From: a virus
Taxonomy: Duplodnaviria > Caudoviricetes
Length of the DNA stretch: 64,000 nucleotides
IMG/VR virus record: IMGVR_UViG_3300022305_000326
Coordinates: 36,741-100,740 of that record
Strand: one strand, 5' to 3'
Below are positions 20,769-30,583 of the stretch, piece by piece; the stretch's first letter is position 1; each line of letters starts with the position of its first letter. A program made the position numbers and the translations under genes. A model generated the notes under the pieces. That model was given only the letters and a program-made list of their open reading frames with translations, was not told the DNA's origin and ran no database searches.

Positions 20769-22481
20769 ATGGCACTTTTCAAACTGTTCGGTTACAATCA
20801 CGTTTCTTCATCGGAACAGTTACCACCAGAACAAAAACCACTTATTCGTTCGTTTGTTAATCCAGAGAATGAAGATGGTGCTAAAGATTACGGTAACCAT
20901 AATCTAGGTGGTTCATTTTCATATGCATTAGACTTGGATAAATCTGTAACTAACCAAGCTGCATTGATTAACGAATATCGTGGCACCTCACAGATTCCAC
21001 AGGTTGACATGGCAATCGAAGATATCGTGAATGAAGCCATAGTTATTGACGATGGTAGTCAGCCATTAGAATTGCATTTGGATGACACCACAATATCAGA
21101 TAGCACCAAGAAGATCATAATGGATGAATTTGATCATGTTCTCAGTCTTTTGAAATTTCCAATGAGATCGCATGACATCTTCAAGCGTTACTATGTAGAT
21201 GGTCAGTTGAACTATCACAAAATGATCGATGAAAAAAATCCTATGGACGGTATTCAGGAACTACGATTCATTGATCCACGTAACTTAGTCAAGGTCCGTG
21301 AACACCAGACAACAAGTTCTAGTAATGGTATCGACTATCTTTCACTGAAGTCAACTAATTATATCGAGTATTGGGTCTATAACGAATCAGGCTTCACTAA
21401 TAGTCCGACAACTGTTGGCGCACAGACTACATTGACCGGAATCAAAATCGCAAGAGATTCTATCGCTCATGTTAACTCAGGAACAATTGATCCTAATAGC
21501 AAGCTGATTATGAGCCATCTACACAAGGCAGTCAGAATTGCTAGACAGCTACGAATGCTTGAAGACTCATTGATCATCTATAGAATCTCAAGAGCCGCTG
21601 AACGTAGAATTTTCTATATTGACGTAGGTTCTCTACCTAAAGCTCGTGCAGAACAGTATATGCAGTCTATTATCGCAAAGTATAAAAACAAACTGGTATA
21701 CGATGCTGGTACTGGTGAACTGCGCGATGAAAGAAAGCACTTGGCGATAACCGAAGACTTTTGGATTCCTCGTTCAAACGGACAGGATGGTACGAAGATC
21801 GAAACCTTGAAGGGTGCAGAAAATCTAGGCATTATTGCGGACGTTGAATATTTCAAGAATAATTTATATGACGCTCTAAACGTACCAAGATCACGCATGG
21901 ATTCAGAAACCATGTTCAGTATTGGTAAGTCTGGTGAAACCACACGAGACGAAGTTAAGTATTCTAGATTTATCGATAGACTGAGAACCAGATTCACTAT
22001 TCTATTCGATGATCTATTGTCATCACAATTAAAATTGAAGGGAATTGTCAATGACGATGAATGGCAGGTAATCAAGAAGAAGGTCAAGTATAAGTTTAAT
22101 AGAGATAACCACTTCGCCGAATTGATGGAAAGTGAATTGAACCTGAACAGAGTCACTTTACTTGAACAGTTTGACAACTATACAGGTAAGTATTTCTCTA
22201 AGGAATGGATTTTCAAGAATATCCTCAAGCTGGATGACGATCAAATCGAAGAAATTTACGAACAGATTCAGGAAGAAATGATAATGGATAATCAGATGTT
22301 GCTTGACGACCATTTGATGAAGATGAAGATGGGTCTTGTTGCTCCTGATCCGGAAACTGGTGCTGCTGTTCCACAGTTTCATCAGGGTGGGATGAATGAG
22401 ACAGAATCAGATGACCTAAATAATTTGCTCCAAACGTTAAAAGAAGAAACGGACGCAAGAATAGAATCTCGTAAATCATAA
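20769..22481 (+). CDS. 20: Portal vertex protein (gp20)
   Basis: IYRISRAAERRIFYIDVG, EDFWIPR, TRDEVKY. Confidence 0.97.
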   Translation: MALFKLFGYNHVSSSEQLPPEQKPLIRSFVNPENEDGAKDYGNHNLGGSFSYALDLDKSVTNQAALINEYRGTSQIPQVDMAIEDIVNEAIVIDDGSQPLELHLDDTTISDSTKKIIMDEFDHVLSLLKFPMRSHDIFKRYYVDGQLNYHKMIDEKNPMDGIQELRFIDPRNLVKVREHQTTSSSNGIDYLSLKSTNYIEYWVYNESGFTNSPTTVGAQTTLTGIKIARDSIAHVNSGTIDPNSKLIMSHLHKAVRIARQLRMLEDSLIIYRISRAAERRIFYIDVGSLPKARAEQYMQSIIAKYKNKLVYDAGTGELRDERKHLAITEDFWIPRSNGQDGTKIETLKGAENLGIIADVEYFKNNLYDALNVPRSRMDSETMFSIGKSGETTRDEVKYSRFIDRLRTRFTILFDDLLSSQLKLKGIVNDDEWQVIKKKVKYKFNRDNHFAELMESELNLNRVTLLEQFDNYTGKYFSKEWIFKNILKLDDDQIEEIYEQIQEEMIMDNQMLLDDHLMKMKMGLVAPDPETGAAVPQFHQGGMNETESDDLNNLLQTLKEETDARIESRKS

Positions 22482-22496
22482 TAGACATCATTAAGC

Positions 22497-24032
22497 ATGA
22501 GTTCAATAGAGAAAAAGGTAGCAGTCGCAATCACGGCGGCTATATGCAACGTCCGTGAGGAGATTTCGAATATACAGTTGAACTTGATCGAGACAATCGA
22601 TTCAAGAGTCAACGGTCTATCTGTGCCTATTCTGGAAAAAATCGTCCAGAGATTGAACGATTTAGAAATTGACAAGGATAGACTTACGAGTCTAATCGAA
22701 TCAAAATCTATACAGATTATAGAAGAACATATTCACAATAACACTATCCAGAATATTGATGTAGATATTCCGAATGATGTGATCAGACAGCATAATATTG
22801 ATGCATTGACGACTAAACTAGATGAATCATTTCAGTCAATATTGACTGAAATGATTCAGATTAAAGATGTGGCATTACCATCATTATCAAATATATACCA
22901 TAATCACGATGGAATCTACGCCACATTTGATCACAGTCACGATGATATTTGGTCAGAGGTCAGAACTCTGGAAAGATTGCAGACCGATGATCGCCAAAAG
23001 ACATTAGAATTCAACTCAAATCTTCTCAACAGAGTCGACAAGAGTGATGCAAGTGTAAAGGCGGAATTGTTGAATTTGATATCTCATATAGAAGAATCGA
23101 AAGAAGCTATATGGAAAGATTTCAATAAACACTCCGACGAAACCGAGAAAAAATTAAGTGATCTGATTTCAGACCTATCAAAATCTCTGAATGTATTTGA
23201 ACGTGATGTTGGTCTTAGACTGAAATCACTCGATAAAGAATATCAGTTGATAGGTGAAGAATTACAGAATGCACTGAAAAGGGTTAGTGCCAAACTGAAT
23301 GATGGTCTTGAATCGAAAGCTAATATTCAACACTATCACCCAGAATTCAAAACCTTCTCCCAGAAGGATCATACGCATAAAGAATTTGATAAGTTCTCTA
23401 AGCTATTAGACAAAATAGACACGAACACTCTGAAGAAGTCCGATATCAATTCTCTTATCGATGGTGTATTGAAGAAAATTCCTGAGCCAATTCCCGGAAA
23501 GGATGGGATCGGCTGGGAATTTAAATTTGATAAATCTGATGAAGGTATTCTACTTTATCGTAAAGAAGGCGATTCTAAGTGGAATAAGCAAGACTTACGT
23601 GGTCCTAGAGGTCTTCCGGGGAAAAATAGCGACGGTGGTGGGTTCGGTGGTGGTGGCGGTGGTTCTATTCTCGACATTAAAAAGAATGGAACTTTGGTCG
23701 GTCGTGGTATTACTGCATTGGATTTTGCCGGTCCGGTAAACGTAACCAATCCAACATCCGGTATAGCTAGAATAGAAATTGTCGGTAGTAGTGGGGGCGG
23801 CTCGTCAGTCAGACAATATTTTACTTCGGTATCATTAACAGCGAATATCCCATTGGCGATTGTCCATGGACTAAATTTAACAGATCGTGACGCATTTCAG
23901 ATAAATGTAATGAAAAATCACGGTCAAATTTCCGTTTCTGTAGAAAGTATTGATGTCAACGGCTTAATCATAACATCAAATGTCACACTATCAGATGTTA
24001 AGGTCACTGTAACAGGGGCATCGTCCACATAA
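22497..24032 (+). CDS. Coiled-coil/collagen-motif structural protein
   Basis: Long helical region, short G-X-Y repeats (PGKDG, RGPRGLPGK), Gly linker, C-terminal beta domain. Confidence 0.55.
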   Translation: MSSIEKKVAVAITAAICNVREEISNIQLNLIETIDSRVNGLSVPILEKIVQRLNDLEIDKDRLTSLIESKSIQIIEEHIHNNTIQNIDVDIPNDVIRQHNIDALTTKLDESFQSILTEMIQIKDVALPSLSNIYHNHDGIYATFDHSHDDIWSEVRTLERLQTDDRQKTLEFNSNLLNRVDKSDASVKAELLNLISHIEESKEAIWKDFNKHSDETEKKLSDLISDLSKSLNVFERDVGLRLKSLDKEYQLIGEELQNALKRVSAKLNDGLESKANIQHYHPEFKTFSQKDHTHKEFDKFSKLLDKIDTNTLKKSDINSLIDGVLKKIPEPIPGKDGIGWEFKFDKSDEGILLYRKEGDSKWNKQDLRGPRGLPGKNSDGGGFGGGGGGSILDIKKNGTLVGRGITALDFAGPVNVTNPTSGIARIEIVGSSGGGSSVRQYFTSVSLTANIPLAIVHGLNLTDRDAFQINVMKNHGQISVSVESIDVNGLIITSNVTLSDVKVTVTGASST

Positions 24033-24133
24033 TATAGATATATAAGAGATTGATGATTGTGTAATTAAACAAAAGTTTTAAATAATTACAATACAGCTAA
24101 CACACCCATTTTGATATTAAATTAAGGTATAAA

Positions 24134-24901
24134 ATGTCCGAAAAAGAAATTTACACAGATTACAATTTTGCTCGCGTCGGTCAGGTCAGAGACTTTCGAG
24201 TGCATAATGTAACAACCACAGAAAGAAATTCACTATCACTAGCTCTTGGGGCTGGTAATTCAGGTTTGCACGTATATGACACGACAATTAAATCGGCATA
24301 TTATTGGGACGGTGCAGCATTCCAGCCAGTAAGTCCAGTTATAGCAGGGGCGATGGTTTATAAAGGAACCTACTCTGATACTGTGAATACACCAACAACG
24401 CCAGAAATGGGACACGTTTATGTATGGAATGGCGGTAATTCCACTTTAACGTGGAGTACACAAACCTTTAACCCAGATGCTATTGTACAAAATGGTGACC
24501 AAATTATATACCGTGGTTCTGGCGTATGGGATATTTTTCAGGCAGATTTAAATCCTGCAAGTGAAACTGACGCTGGCTACATTGCAATCTCGACCCAAGC
24601 TGCAACTAATGCAGGTACTAATGATACGACCGCCGTTACTCCGTCAAAATTGAATGGGTATAGAGTGGCTAAGTCACTGGCTTCAGTATATTTCGCCAGT
24701 TCCGTAAACACAAGTGCGTTAACCCCTTTAACCATAACTCATAATCTAAATCTTCAGAATAGAAATTCATTTGTTATCAGTATCAAGAATTCCGCGCATT
24801 CTGAAATCACTCTTGATGTTGATTCAATCGATGTAAATTCCCTTACTATTACATCATCTATAGCCTTGACAGGATTATTCGTGAGTATTGTAGGTTTCTG
24901 A
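24134..24901 (+). CDS. Fibre-associated structural protein
   Basis: ASET.AG...AT.A...AGT..T.AVTP tail-fibre repeat; C-terminal domain shared with the upstream ORF. Confidence 0.6.
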   Translation: MSEKEIYTDYNFARVGQVRDFRVHNVTTTERNSLSLALGAGNSGLHVYDTTIKSAYYWDGAAFQPVSPVIAGAMVYKGTYSDTVNTPTTPEMGHVYVWNGGNSTLTWSTQTFNPDAIVQNGDQIIYRGSGVWDIFQADLNPASETDAGYIAISTQAATNAGTNDTTAVTPSKLNGYRVAKSLASVYFASSVNTSALTPLTITHNLNLQNRNSFVISIKNSAHSEITLDVDSIDVNSLTITSSIALTGLFVSIVGF

Positions 24902-24902
24902 T

Positions 24903-25211
24903 ATGTCATCCAGAGACTTTCTGACTAATGTCGATCTAGTTCAAAATAATGATCCTAGTAATCCTTTAAGTGGATATGTTAGAATCATTGCCAAACCTGA
25001 CGATAGACTTTATTTAAGACTTAATAGTGGAGTAGAGGTCGAATTGACGAATAATTCGACCTCTACTTCTGCACCTGTAGAAAATAGATATGAAGTATTC
25101 GATGATGAGGTGGTAACTGTGACTATAGGAAGAATAATGTTTCAGTATGGTGCGTTGGTAAACAGAGGGTTTCTGATTAATCGCGGTAGAATTATAGAGG
25201 TAGCTAACTAA
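24903..25211 (+). CDS. Hypothetical structural protein
   Basis: Coupled ORF in the fibre cassette. Confidence 0.5.
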   Translation: MSSRDFLTNVDLVQNNDPSNPLSGYVRIIAKPDDRLYLRLNSGVEVELTNNSTSTSAPVENRYEVFDDEVVTVTIGRIMFQYGALVNRGFLINRGRIIEVAN

Positions 25212-27451
25212 TGTCAGGTGGAGTATATATTGCACCAAAGGTTGATATTGCAAATTCAACTTTAATTACATACATTCAAGGTATTATGCAGGTTGGAGAT
25301 ATTGCAACCGTAGCCGATACCACAACAGGACTACTCTACTATATTCCAAAGAGTGGATCACCATATCAGGCCGTTTCTGGTGTAACCAGTGTAGCAGGTC
25401 TAGGTGGTACAGTAAGCGCAGCTTCTCTTGCCGCTGCTCTCGATACTTACTTTCTTACACCAGCAGAAGGTAATGCTGCTTATGATGCAATAGGTGCTGC
25501 AAGCACTGTTCAAAGCAACCTTACTTCGCACATAAATAATGCATCAGGTGCACATGCTGCTTCTGCTATTTCAAACGTAGCGGCGGGTGGTATTTCAGCA
25601 ACTAACGTACAAGCTGCGCTTAATGAATTAGATTCTGAAAAAGCCAACTTAGCATCTCCTGCATTTACAGGTAACCCAACAGCACCTACACCTTCTCTCG
25701 GTGACAATGACACTAGTATAGCAACAACTGCTTTCGTAAATGCAGAGATTGCAAATGATGCTCCTAATGTTACATTAGCAAACGTAGGATCAGCACCAAA
25801 TGCTCAAGGTGCTTCACTTTCATCTCAACAACTAACTCTTCAACCAGCATCGGGTTCATTTCCCGGTTTATTGTCTTCTGCTAACTTTAATAACTTAGCT
25901 AGGTTTTTTGGTACTGCTCTATTTAACGTAAAGGACTTTGGTGCAGTAGCGGATGACGTTCTTGGTGCTGGTGGTACTGATAATAGTACAGCAATTCAGA
26001 ATGCTATTAATGCTGCTCAGTCTGCTGGTGGTGGTATTGTATTCTTTCCACCCGGACTATACAGTATTCAGACTGGTCTTACCGTAACTGGAAATTCAGT
26101 TCATCTAATGGGCTGTGGTTCTTCATATACAGCAGATGTTGGTGACTATAGAGCAACAGGTGGTTCATGGCTTTCATGGCGCGGTCCAGCTAGTACAATA
26201 ATGCTTACTGTTGCACCAAATGCAGGTGCTTCTCAGAATCCTATTTTTGGATTTAGAATTACAGGTTTGAACTTCGATGGTCGTGACCTTCAAGTAGGTT
26301 CTACTGATACTGGTGCAACTCCGCCTGCAATCGGTATTTTAATGCAGGCAGTTGCTGGTGCGCATTTGCAGGACTTCTTCATGAATGGTCCGTTTACAAC
26401 TGCTGCCATTAGTCTAGGTGCTTTGACTGCGGGCACAATTGGTGGTGTAGATACTCACGGTGTCGTAAGATCAATTTTTGAAAGATTCTGCATCAGACAG
26501 TTAGATGGTGCTGCTCCCGGTATTGGTATTCAGTTTTCTGGTACAGCAACAGCAAACGTAAATTTCTGTAAGTTCGATACTTTCCAGATCATGTATCTTG
26601 GTTCATCGAGCAGAAAACCTGCGATTCAACTTGGTAACTCAGATTCTAATACTTTCGTCATGGGTGCTTGTAACCGAGCAGGTTCGGGTACTACGAATTG
26701 GGGTATTGAAATTCTAGGCAGTAATACAAGCGCATCAGAAGTTTCTCGTGCTAATTTTTTCATGCACTGCTCAGCAGGAGCCAACGGTGTCTTCCTTGCA
26801 GGTACAGCAAGTGGTCGTGATCCAGCGGGTACATCAATTGCTGCATTGAACTTTACCAACCCTTCCACGGATAACCAATTAAGACCTTATTCTACTGAAA
26901 ACGGAGAGCCTGTTCCTGTTTTTGGTACGGGCTCTACTGGTGGTTATGGTATTACAGGTGGTTCAACCGGACCTAGATTTTATTCGGAAGGTGCAAGTTT
27001 AGCATCTAGATCAGCACAGTTGGTAATCAATACAACTGCTTTGACTAGTATTGTTTCATTCGTTGCTCCACCTAACTTCATGAAAGCAGGAACAGTAATT
27101 GAACTGAGATGCATGGGTTATGTTTCAAACGCAGCGGTAGCATCTACGCACAACGCTCAGGTTAGATTCAATGCAGCAAACCCTATTGGTACTCTTGTGG
27201 CATTGGGTGCAACGGCAAGAACTACACAACCTGCGTCTATTACATGTAGATTTGTTCATAACGGAACGACAGTGGTAGGTTCTTTGCAATATACAGTAAT
27301 GGGTGGTGCTGTTGTAAGTGCAACATCAGTAACTTCAGGCGGTGCTGTTGCAACGAGTGCTGCTTGTACCATCGATCTAGTACTAACTTCTTCAATTGCA
27401 ACTTCAACCTTTACAGTAAATACAGCAGAAATCGTACTAGTAAATCAGTAA
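25211..27451 (+). CDS. Tailspike/fibre with a pectate-lyase-like beta-helix (candidate depolymerase)
   Basis: SPAFTGNPTAPT...IATTAFV fibre repeat; FNVKDFGA...DNSTAIQNAINAA...VFFPPGLY beta-helix entry motif. Confidence 0.85.
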   Translation: MSGGVYIAPKVDIANSTLITYIQGIMQVGDIATVADTTTGLLYYIPKSGSPYQAVSGVTSVAGLGGTVSAASLAAALDTYFLTPAEGNAAYDAIGAASTVQSNLTSHINNASGAHAASAISNVAAGGISATNVQAALNELDSEKANLASPAFTGNPTAPTPSLGDNDTSIATTAFVNAEIANDAPNVTLANVGSAPNAQGASLSSQQLTLQPASGSFPGLLSSANFNNLARFFGTALFNVKDFGAVADDVLGAGGTDNSTAIQNAINAAQSAGGGIVFFPPGLYSIQTGLTVTGNSVHLMGCGSSYTADVGDYRATGGSWLSWRGPASTIMLTVAPNAGASQNPIFGFRITGLNFDGRDLQVGSTDTGATPPAIGILMQAVAGAHLQDFFMNGPFTTAAISLGALTAGTIGGVDTHGVVRSIFERFCIRQLDGAAPGIGIQFSGTATANVNFCKFDTFQIMYLGSSSRKPAIQLGNSDSNTFVMGACNRAGSGTTNWGIEILGSNTSASEVSRANFFMHCSAGANGVFLAGTASGRDPAGTSIAALNFTNPSTDNQLRPYSTENGEPVPVFGTGSTGGYGITGGSTGPRFYSEGASLASRSAQLVINTTALTSIVSFVAPPNFMKAGTVIELRCMGYVSNAAVASTHNAQVRFNAANPIGTLVALGATARTTQPASITCRFVHNGTTVVGSLQYTVMGGAVVSATSVTSGGAVATSAACTIDLVLTSSIATSTFTVNTAEIVLVNQ

Positions 27452-27987
27452 TGCTAAACTTAAAAGAAATATTTCAACAGAGAACTAGAAATGGGAATCA
27501 ATGGGGATATTCACAAGATGACGGATATACTGTAACTGGTGAAGTACTTCAGGATGATAAGTGGATAGGGGTTTCTTGGATTAGAGATAGTTCAGGAAAC
27601 CTTTATTCACAGCATTCTAGAGCTTATGATATTGATCTGAGAGTAACAAAAAGAGATTACAGCTATACTACTAGTAGAATTTTAGATTCTGAATTTGTCA
27701 TATCTCAAGATAGAGATGCTTTAGTGTTTTATACTGTTGAAATGCAAGCACAACTTTTACTAGCAGGAACTTCTTATGCTAAGGTTTATATGTATGCAAA
27801 CGGAATTCTTGTAAGTACAGTTCAGAATCTTTTAACGATGACATTGTTGCTTGGTATAACTGAAACTACCGTTCAACAAAAAATACTCTGTGGATGCATT
27901 CCAGCAGGAACAACTGTACAACTTGTATCTGAAATATCAGGTAATGCAAGTGCAACTATTGTTGGTCAAATGGAAGTTCTTTTATGA
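27451..27987 (+). CDS. Hypothetical protein (fibre accessory)
   Basis: TAATG overlap with the tailspike stop; beta-rich C-terminus. Confidence 0.5.
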   Translation: MLNLKEIFQQRTRNGNQWGYSQDDGYTVTGEVLQDDKWIGVSWIRDSSGNLYSQHSRAYDIDLRVTKRDYSYTTSRILDSEFVISQDRDALVFYTVEMQAQLLLAGTSYAKVYMYANGILVSTVQNLLTMTLLLGITETTVQQKILCGCIPAGTTVQLVSEISGNASATIVGQMEVLL

Positions 27988-28142
27988 AAATTATTTCAAT
28001 ATTCAGATGCATAACTTGTCAGACTCAAATAGCTCAATCTGAATTTGGACTTACTCAGGAAGTCTATGATTCACTCCGAGAGCATCTTGAAGTTCATCCG
28101 TTGCATGAATTAGCTCAAAGATTTGCAAAGGAACAGGAATAA
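27984..28142 (+). CDS. Small protein with a CxxC...HxxxH zinc-finger-like pattern
   Basis: 52 aa, MKIISIFRCITCQ...REHLEVHPLH; below the ORF-track length cutoff; ATGA overlap. Confidence 0.5.
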   Translation: MKIISIFRCITCQTQIAQSEFGLTQEVYDSLREHLEVHPLHELAQRFAKEQE

Positions 28143-28182
28143 TTAAACACACCAGCTTTGATAATGTACCGATTAAATATTC

Positions 28183-28190
28183 TATAAATA
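28183..28190 (+). promoter_or_regulatory. T4-type late promoter TATAAATA
   Basis: Exact consensus upstream of the prohead core genes. Confidence 0.65.
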
Positions 28191-28262
28191 AAATGTCACT
28201 GATAGTGGTATATCTAATCTATCAAGCTCGGATCAACCACAAAACATACATCGATAATATAA

Positions 28263-28517
28263 ATGAACAAAATTATAAAAATTCTCAAAAAGGCTGCTGA
28301 TTCAGAGCTTTCAAAAACCATCACATTTTCCGATGGGTCTGAATTAGAAATTGATTCTGATATCGCACTTCAAGTTCTGGATATCTACGAATCAATGGAC
28401 GAATTTGAGAGATTGTCATTTGAAGAGGCAATTGAAATCTCGGCAGATGATTTCATATCAGAGATTAACGAACATTCGTCAGATATTAATTTTGATGACG
28501 ATCTAACAGAGGAATAA
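28263..28517 (+). CDS. Acidic protein at the prohead-core (gp67/gp68) position
   Basis: Synteny before gp21; very acidic. Confidence 0.45.
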   Translation: MNKIIKILKKAADSELSKTITFSDGSELEIDSDIALQVLDIYESMDEFERLSFEEAIEISADDFISEINEHSSDINFDDDLTEE

Positions 28518-28519
28518 AA

Positions 28520-28852
28520 ATGTCATATAAAATTTTCACACAGGCTGCTCATGGCGACAGTTCAAAGATTTACGATGGCGCACAGCTAGTTCGTAATGCC
28601 TTGACCGTCAAGGGTGCAGCTTTAATCCGCAATATTCAGGCACAGATGTATGGTGGATCGATCAATGAGTCCATGAAATTGATCAAGACTCATACTAATG
28701 GAAATAAAACGGCAAAGGTCTACAAGGATAATGAATGGGGTGAATACCGCGTCAAGCATTATACCGATGGAAAACACCACTCAGAAGCAGACTATCATGC
28801 TGGTGATGCTGACGATGCCCACAACACAGCACAGTCTTGGTTGAAAGGATAA
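28520..28852 (+). CDS. Putative prohead core/internal protein
   Basis: Directly upstream of gp21; internal SINE site. Confidence 0.45.
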   Translation: MSYKIFTQAAHGDSSKIYDGAQLVRNALTVKGAALIRNIQAQMYGGSINESMKLIKTHTNGNKTAKVYKDNEWGEYRVKHYTDGKHHSEADYHAGDADDAHNTAQSWLKG

Positions 28853-29514
28853 TGAATAAGTCTCTAATGTTAGTCGAATCAAATTTCGACACTCAGACAT
28901 TATGTGAAGAAAAGAATGGTGTAAAGAACTGGTACATCAATGGTGTCTTCATGCAAGAAGATGTCAACAACAGAAACCGTAGACTTTACCCTAAGAATGT
29001 CATGGAATCTACAGTCAACCAATACGTGAACGAATATGTCAAAACTAATCGTGCCGTTGGTGAACTGTCTCATCCAGATACCCCAGCAATTAATCTTGAG
29101 CGTGTATCACACATCATCGAAAGTATCTCACACGAAGGTAAGAACTATATTGGTAAAGCCAAGGTTCTAAAAACTCCAATGGGTTCTATTGCAATTGGTC
29201 TACTTGAAGGTGGTGTAAAACTTGGCGTTTCTTCTAGAGGGACAGGAAGCTTGGTTGAAAATGGATCAGGTATCAATGTCGTTCAGCCTGACTATAAACT
29301 ATCAACTATTGATATTGTTTACAACCCAAGTGCCCCAGACGCTTTTGTTCAAGGTTTGATGGAAGGTCACTCTTTCGTATGGAATACCTTAGAAGAAGAT
29401 GTTGAATTCGTAGAAGCTCTTAAGAGTGGAATCAAGAAAACTCCTTCAAGACAATTACAAGAACAAAAAATACAAGCCTTCGAAAAATTCATGAATAAGG
29501 TAAAGGGACTATGA
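28852..29514 (+). CDS. 21: Prohead protease (gp21)
   Basis: NRNRRLYP, GELSHP, GVSSRGTGS, D.V.NPSAPDA. Confidence 0.95.
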   Translation: MNKSLMLVESNFDTQTLCEEKNGVKNWYINGVFMQEDVNNRNRRLYPKNVMESTVNQYVNEYVKTNRAVGELSHPDTPAINLERVSHIIESISHEGKNYIGKAKVLKTPMGSIAIGLLEGGVKLGVSSRGTGSLVENGSGINVVQPDYKLSTIDIVYNPSAPDAFVQGLMEGHSFVWNTLEEDVEFVEALKSGIKKTPSRQLQEQKIQAFEKFMNKVKGL

Positions 29515-29921
29515 AATCATTCAAACAATATATCGCTGAGTCAAATTTACCAGTTGATGATATCAAAGATTTACATCAGCAATCAGCCCAGCATCTACAG
29601 ATAGCAAAGCATCACCATGACGAGATGATGAAAGCTCGTAGCGAAAGAGATTTCAATAAGTTTGGCGAACACGAACTATTACACCATGATGCAATGCATA
29701 AATATCATTCAGCACAGTACGATTTAGCCCTTGGTCGCGCACCACAAGACGCAAGATCACAGAACCATGAAATGACCTATGGTAACGCAGGATATCATGG
29801 TGTTAGATCAAATTATCATATTGACAATCGTGACGAAAAGCATTTTGATTATTCAAAGAGTGACGCACGCGATTCTCAGTTCAGAAATGCTCTCAGAGCC
29901 AAAAAGGACTTCATGAAATGA
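29511..29921 (+). CDS. His-rich putative internal head protein with a capsid-targeting sequence
   Basis: N-terminus MKSFKQYIAE resembles the T4 internal-protein CTS (MKTYQEFIAE). Confidence 0.65.
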   Translation: MKSFKQYIAESNLPVDDIKDLHQQSAQHLQIAKHHHDEMMKARSERDFNKFGEHELLHHDAMHKYHSAQYDLALGRAPQDARSQNHEMTYGNAGYHGVRSNYHIDNRDEKHFDYSKSDARDSQFRNALRAKKDFMK

Positions 29922-30538
29922 AATCATTTAAATCAATTATGTCAGAAGGCTATACCATAAGTAAGGGTACAGCAGCGAAGCCAGAAGAAAGTTCTGTCGC
30001 TGAAATTGGATACAAGCCTAATGATTACTCTAAAAAGACACATGCACAACTTCATTATATTATGAAGGATGCTAGTGAAGCTGCCAAGAATATGAAAGGT
30101 ATGGATTCTAAGGCAGAAGCGAAGTATCTCGACCAAGTTAACGATGCTTCAACCGAACTATATAAAAGAAAGAAAGCTGGTATTAATGTCAATGAATCCA
30201 TGTCAGACGATGATCAGGATGAACATGATTGGCATTCTTATAAAGCAGGTCATCATGAAAATGAAATGCAGGGCCATGCAAGAGAATTGATGAATGGTCC
30301 GTCTGGCGCAAATGGTGGTGTATATTCTGCAATCAATCATTTGAGTGGTAACGATGATCACGAAGGTATTACACCTGATAAGTATCAAGCGATGGCACCT
30401 CACATGGCCGCTCTTGAAGATGCTATGAGAAAAGCGCATGAAGCATATCACGGTCAAATGGTTGCGCATCACAAAGAAAAGCACGATGAACATTTGGGTC
30501 ATATTGCTGGAATTGTTGCAAAATACGCTAAAGTTTAA
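29918..30538 (+). CDS. His-rich putative internal head protein
   Basis: N-terminus MKSFKSIMSE; internal NVNE site. Confidence 0.6.
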   Translation: MKSFKSIMSEGYTISKGTAAKPEESSVAEIGYKPNDYSKKTHAQLHYIMKDASEAAKNMKGMDSKAEAKYLDQVNDASTELYKRKKAGINVNESMSDDDQDEHDWHSYKAGHHENEMQGHARELMNGPSGANGGVYSAINHLSGNDDHEGITPDKYQAMAPHMAALEDAMRKAHEAYHGQMVAHHKEKHDEHLGHIAGIVAKYAKV

Positions 30539-30583
30539 AAAGTTAAATAAAGTACACCAACAAATAATTTTGGAGATTAAAAG

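Noticed and set aside
21614-22177. 187-aa minus-strand ORF in the portal gene, and similar shadow ORFs throughout the window
   Set aside because: Antisense to well-conserved genes, with no motifs and no RBS
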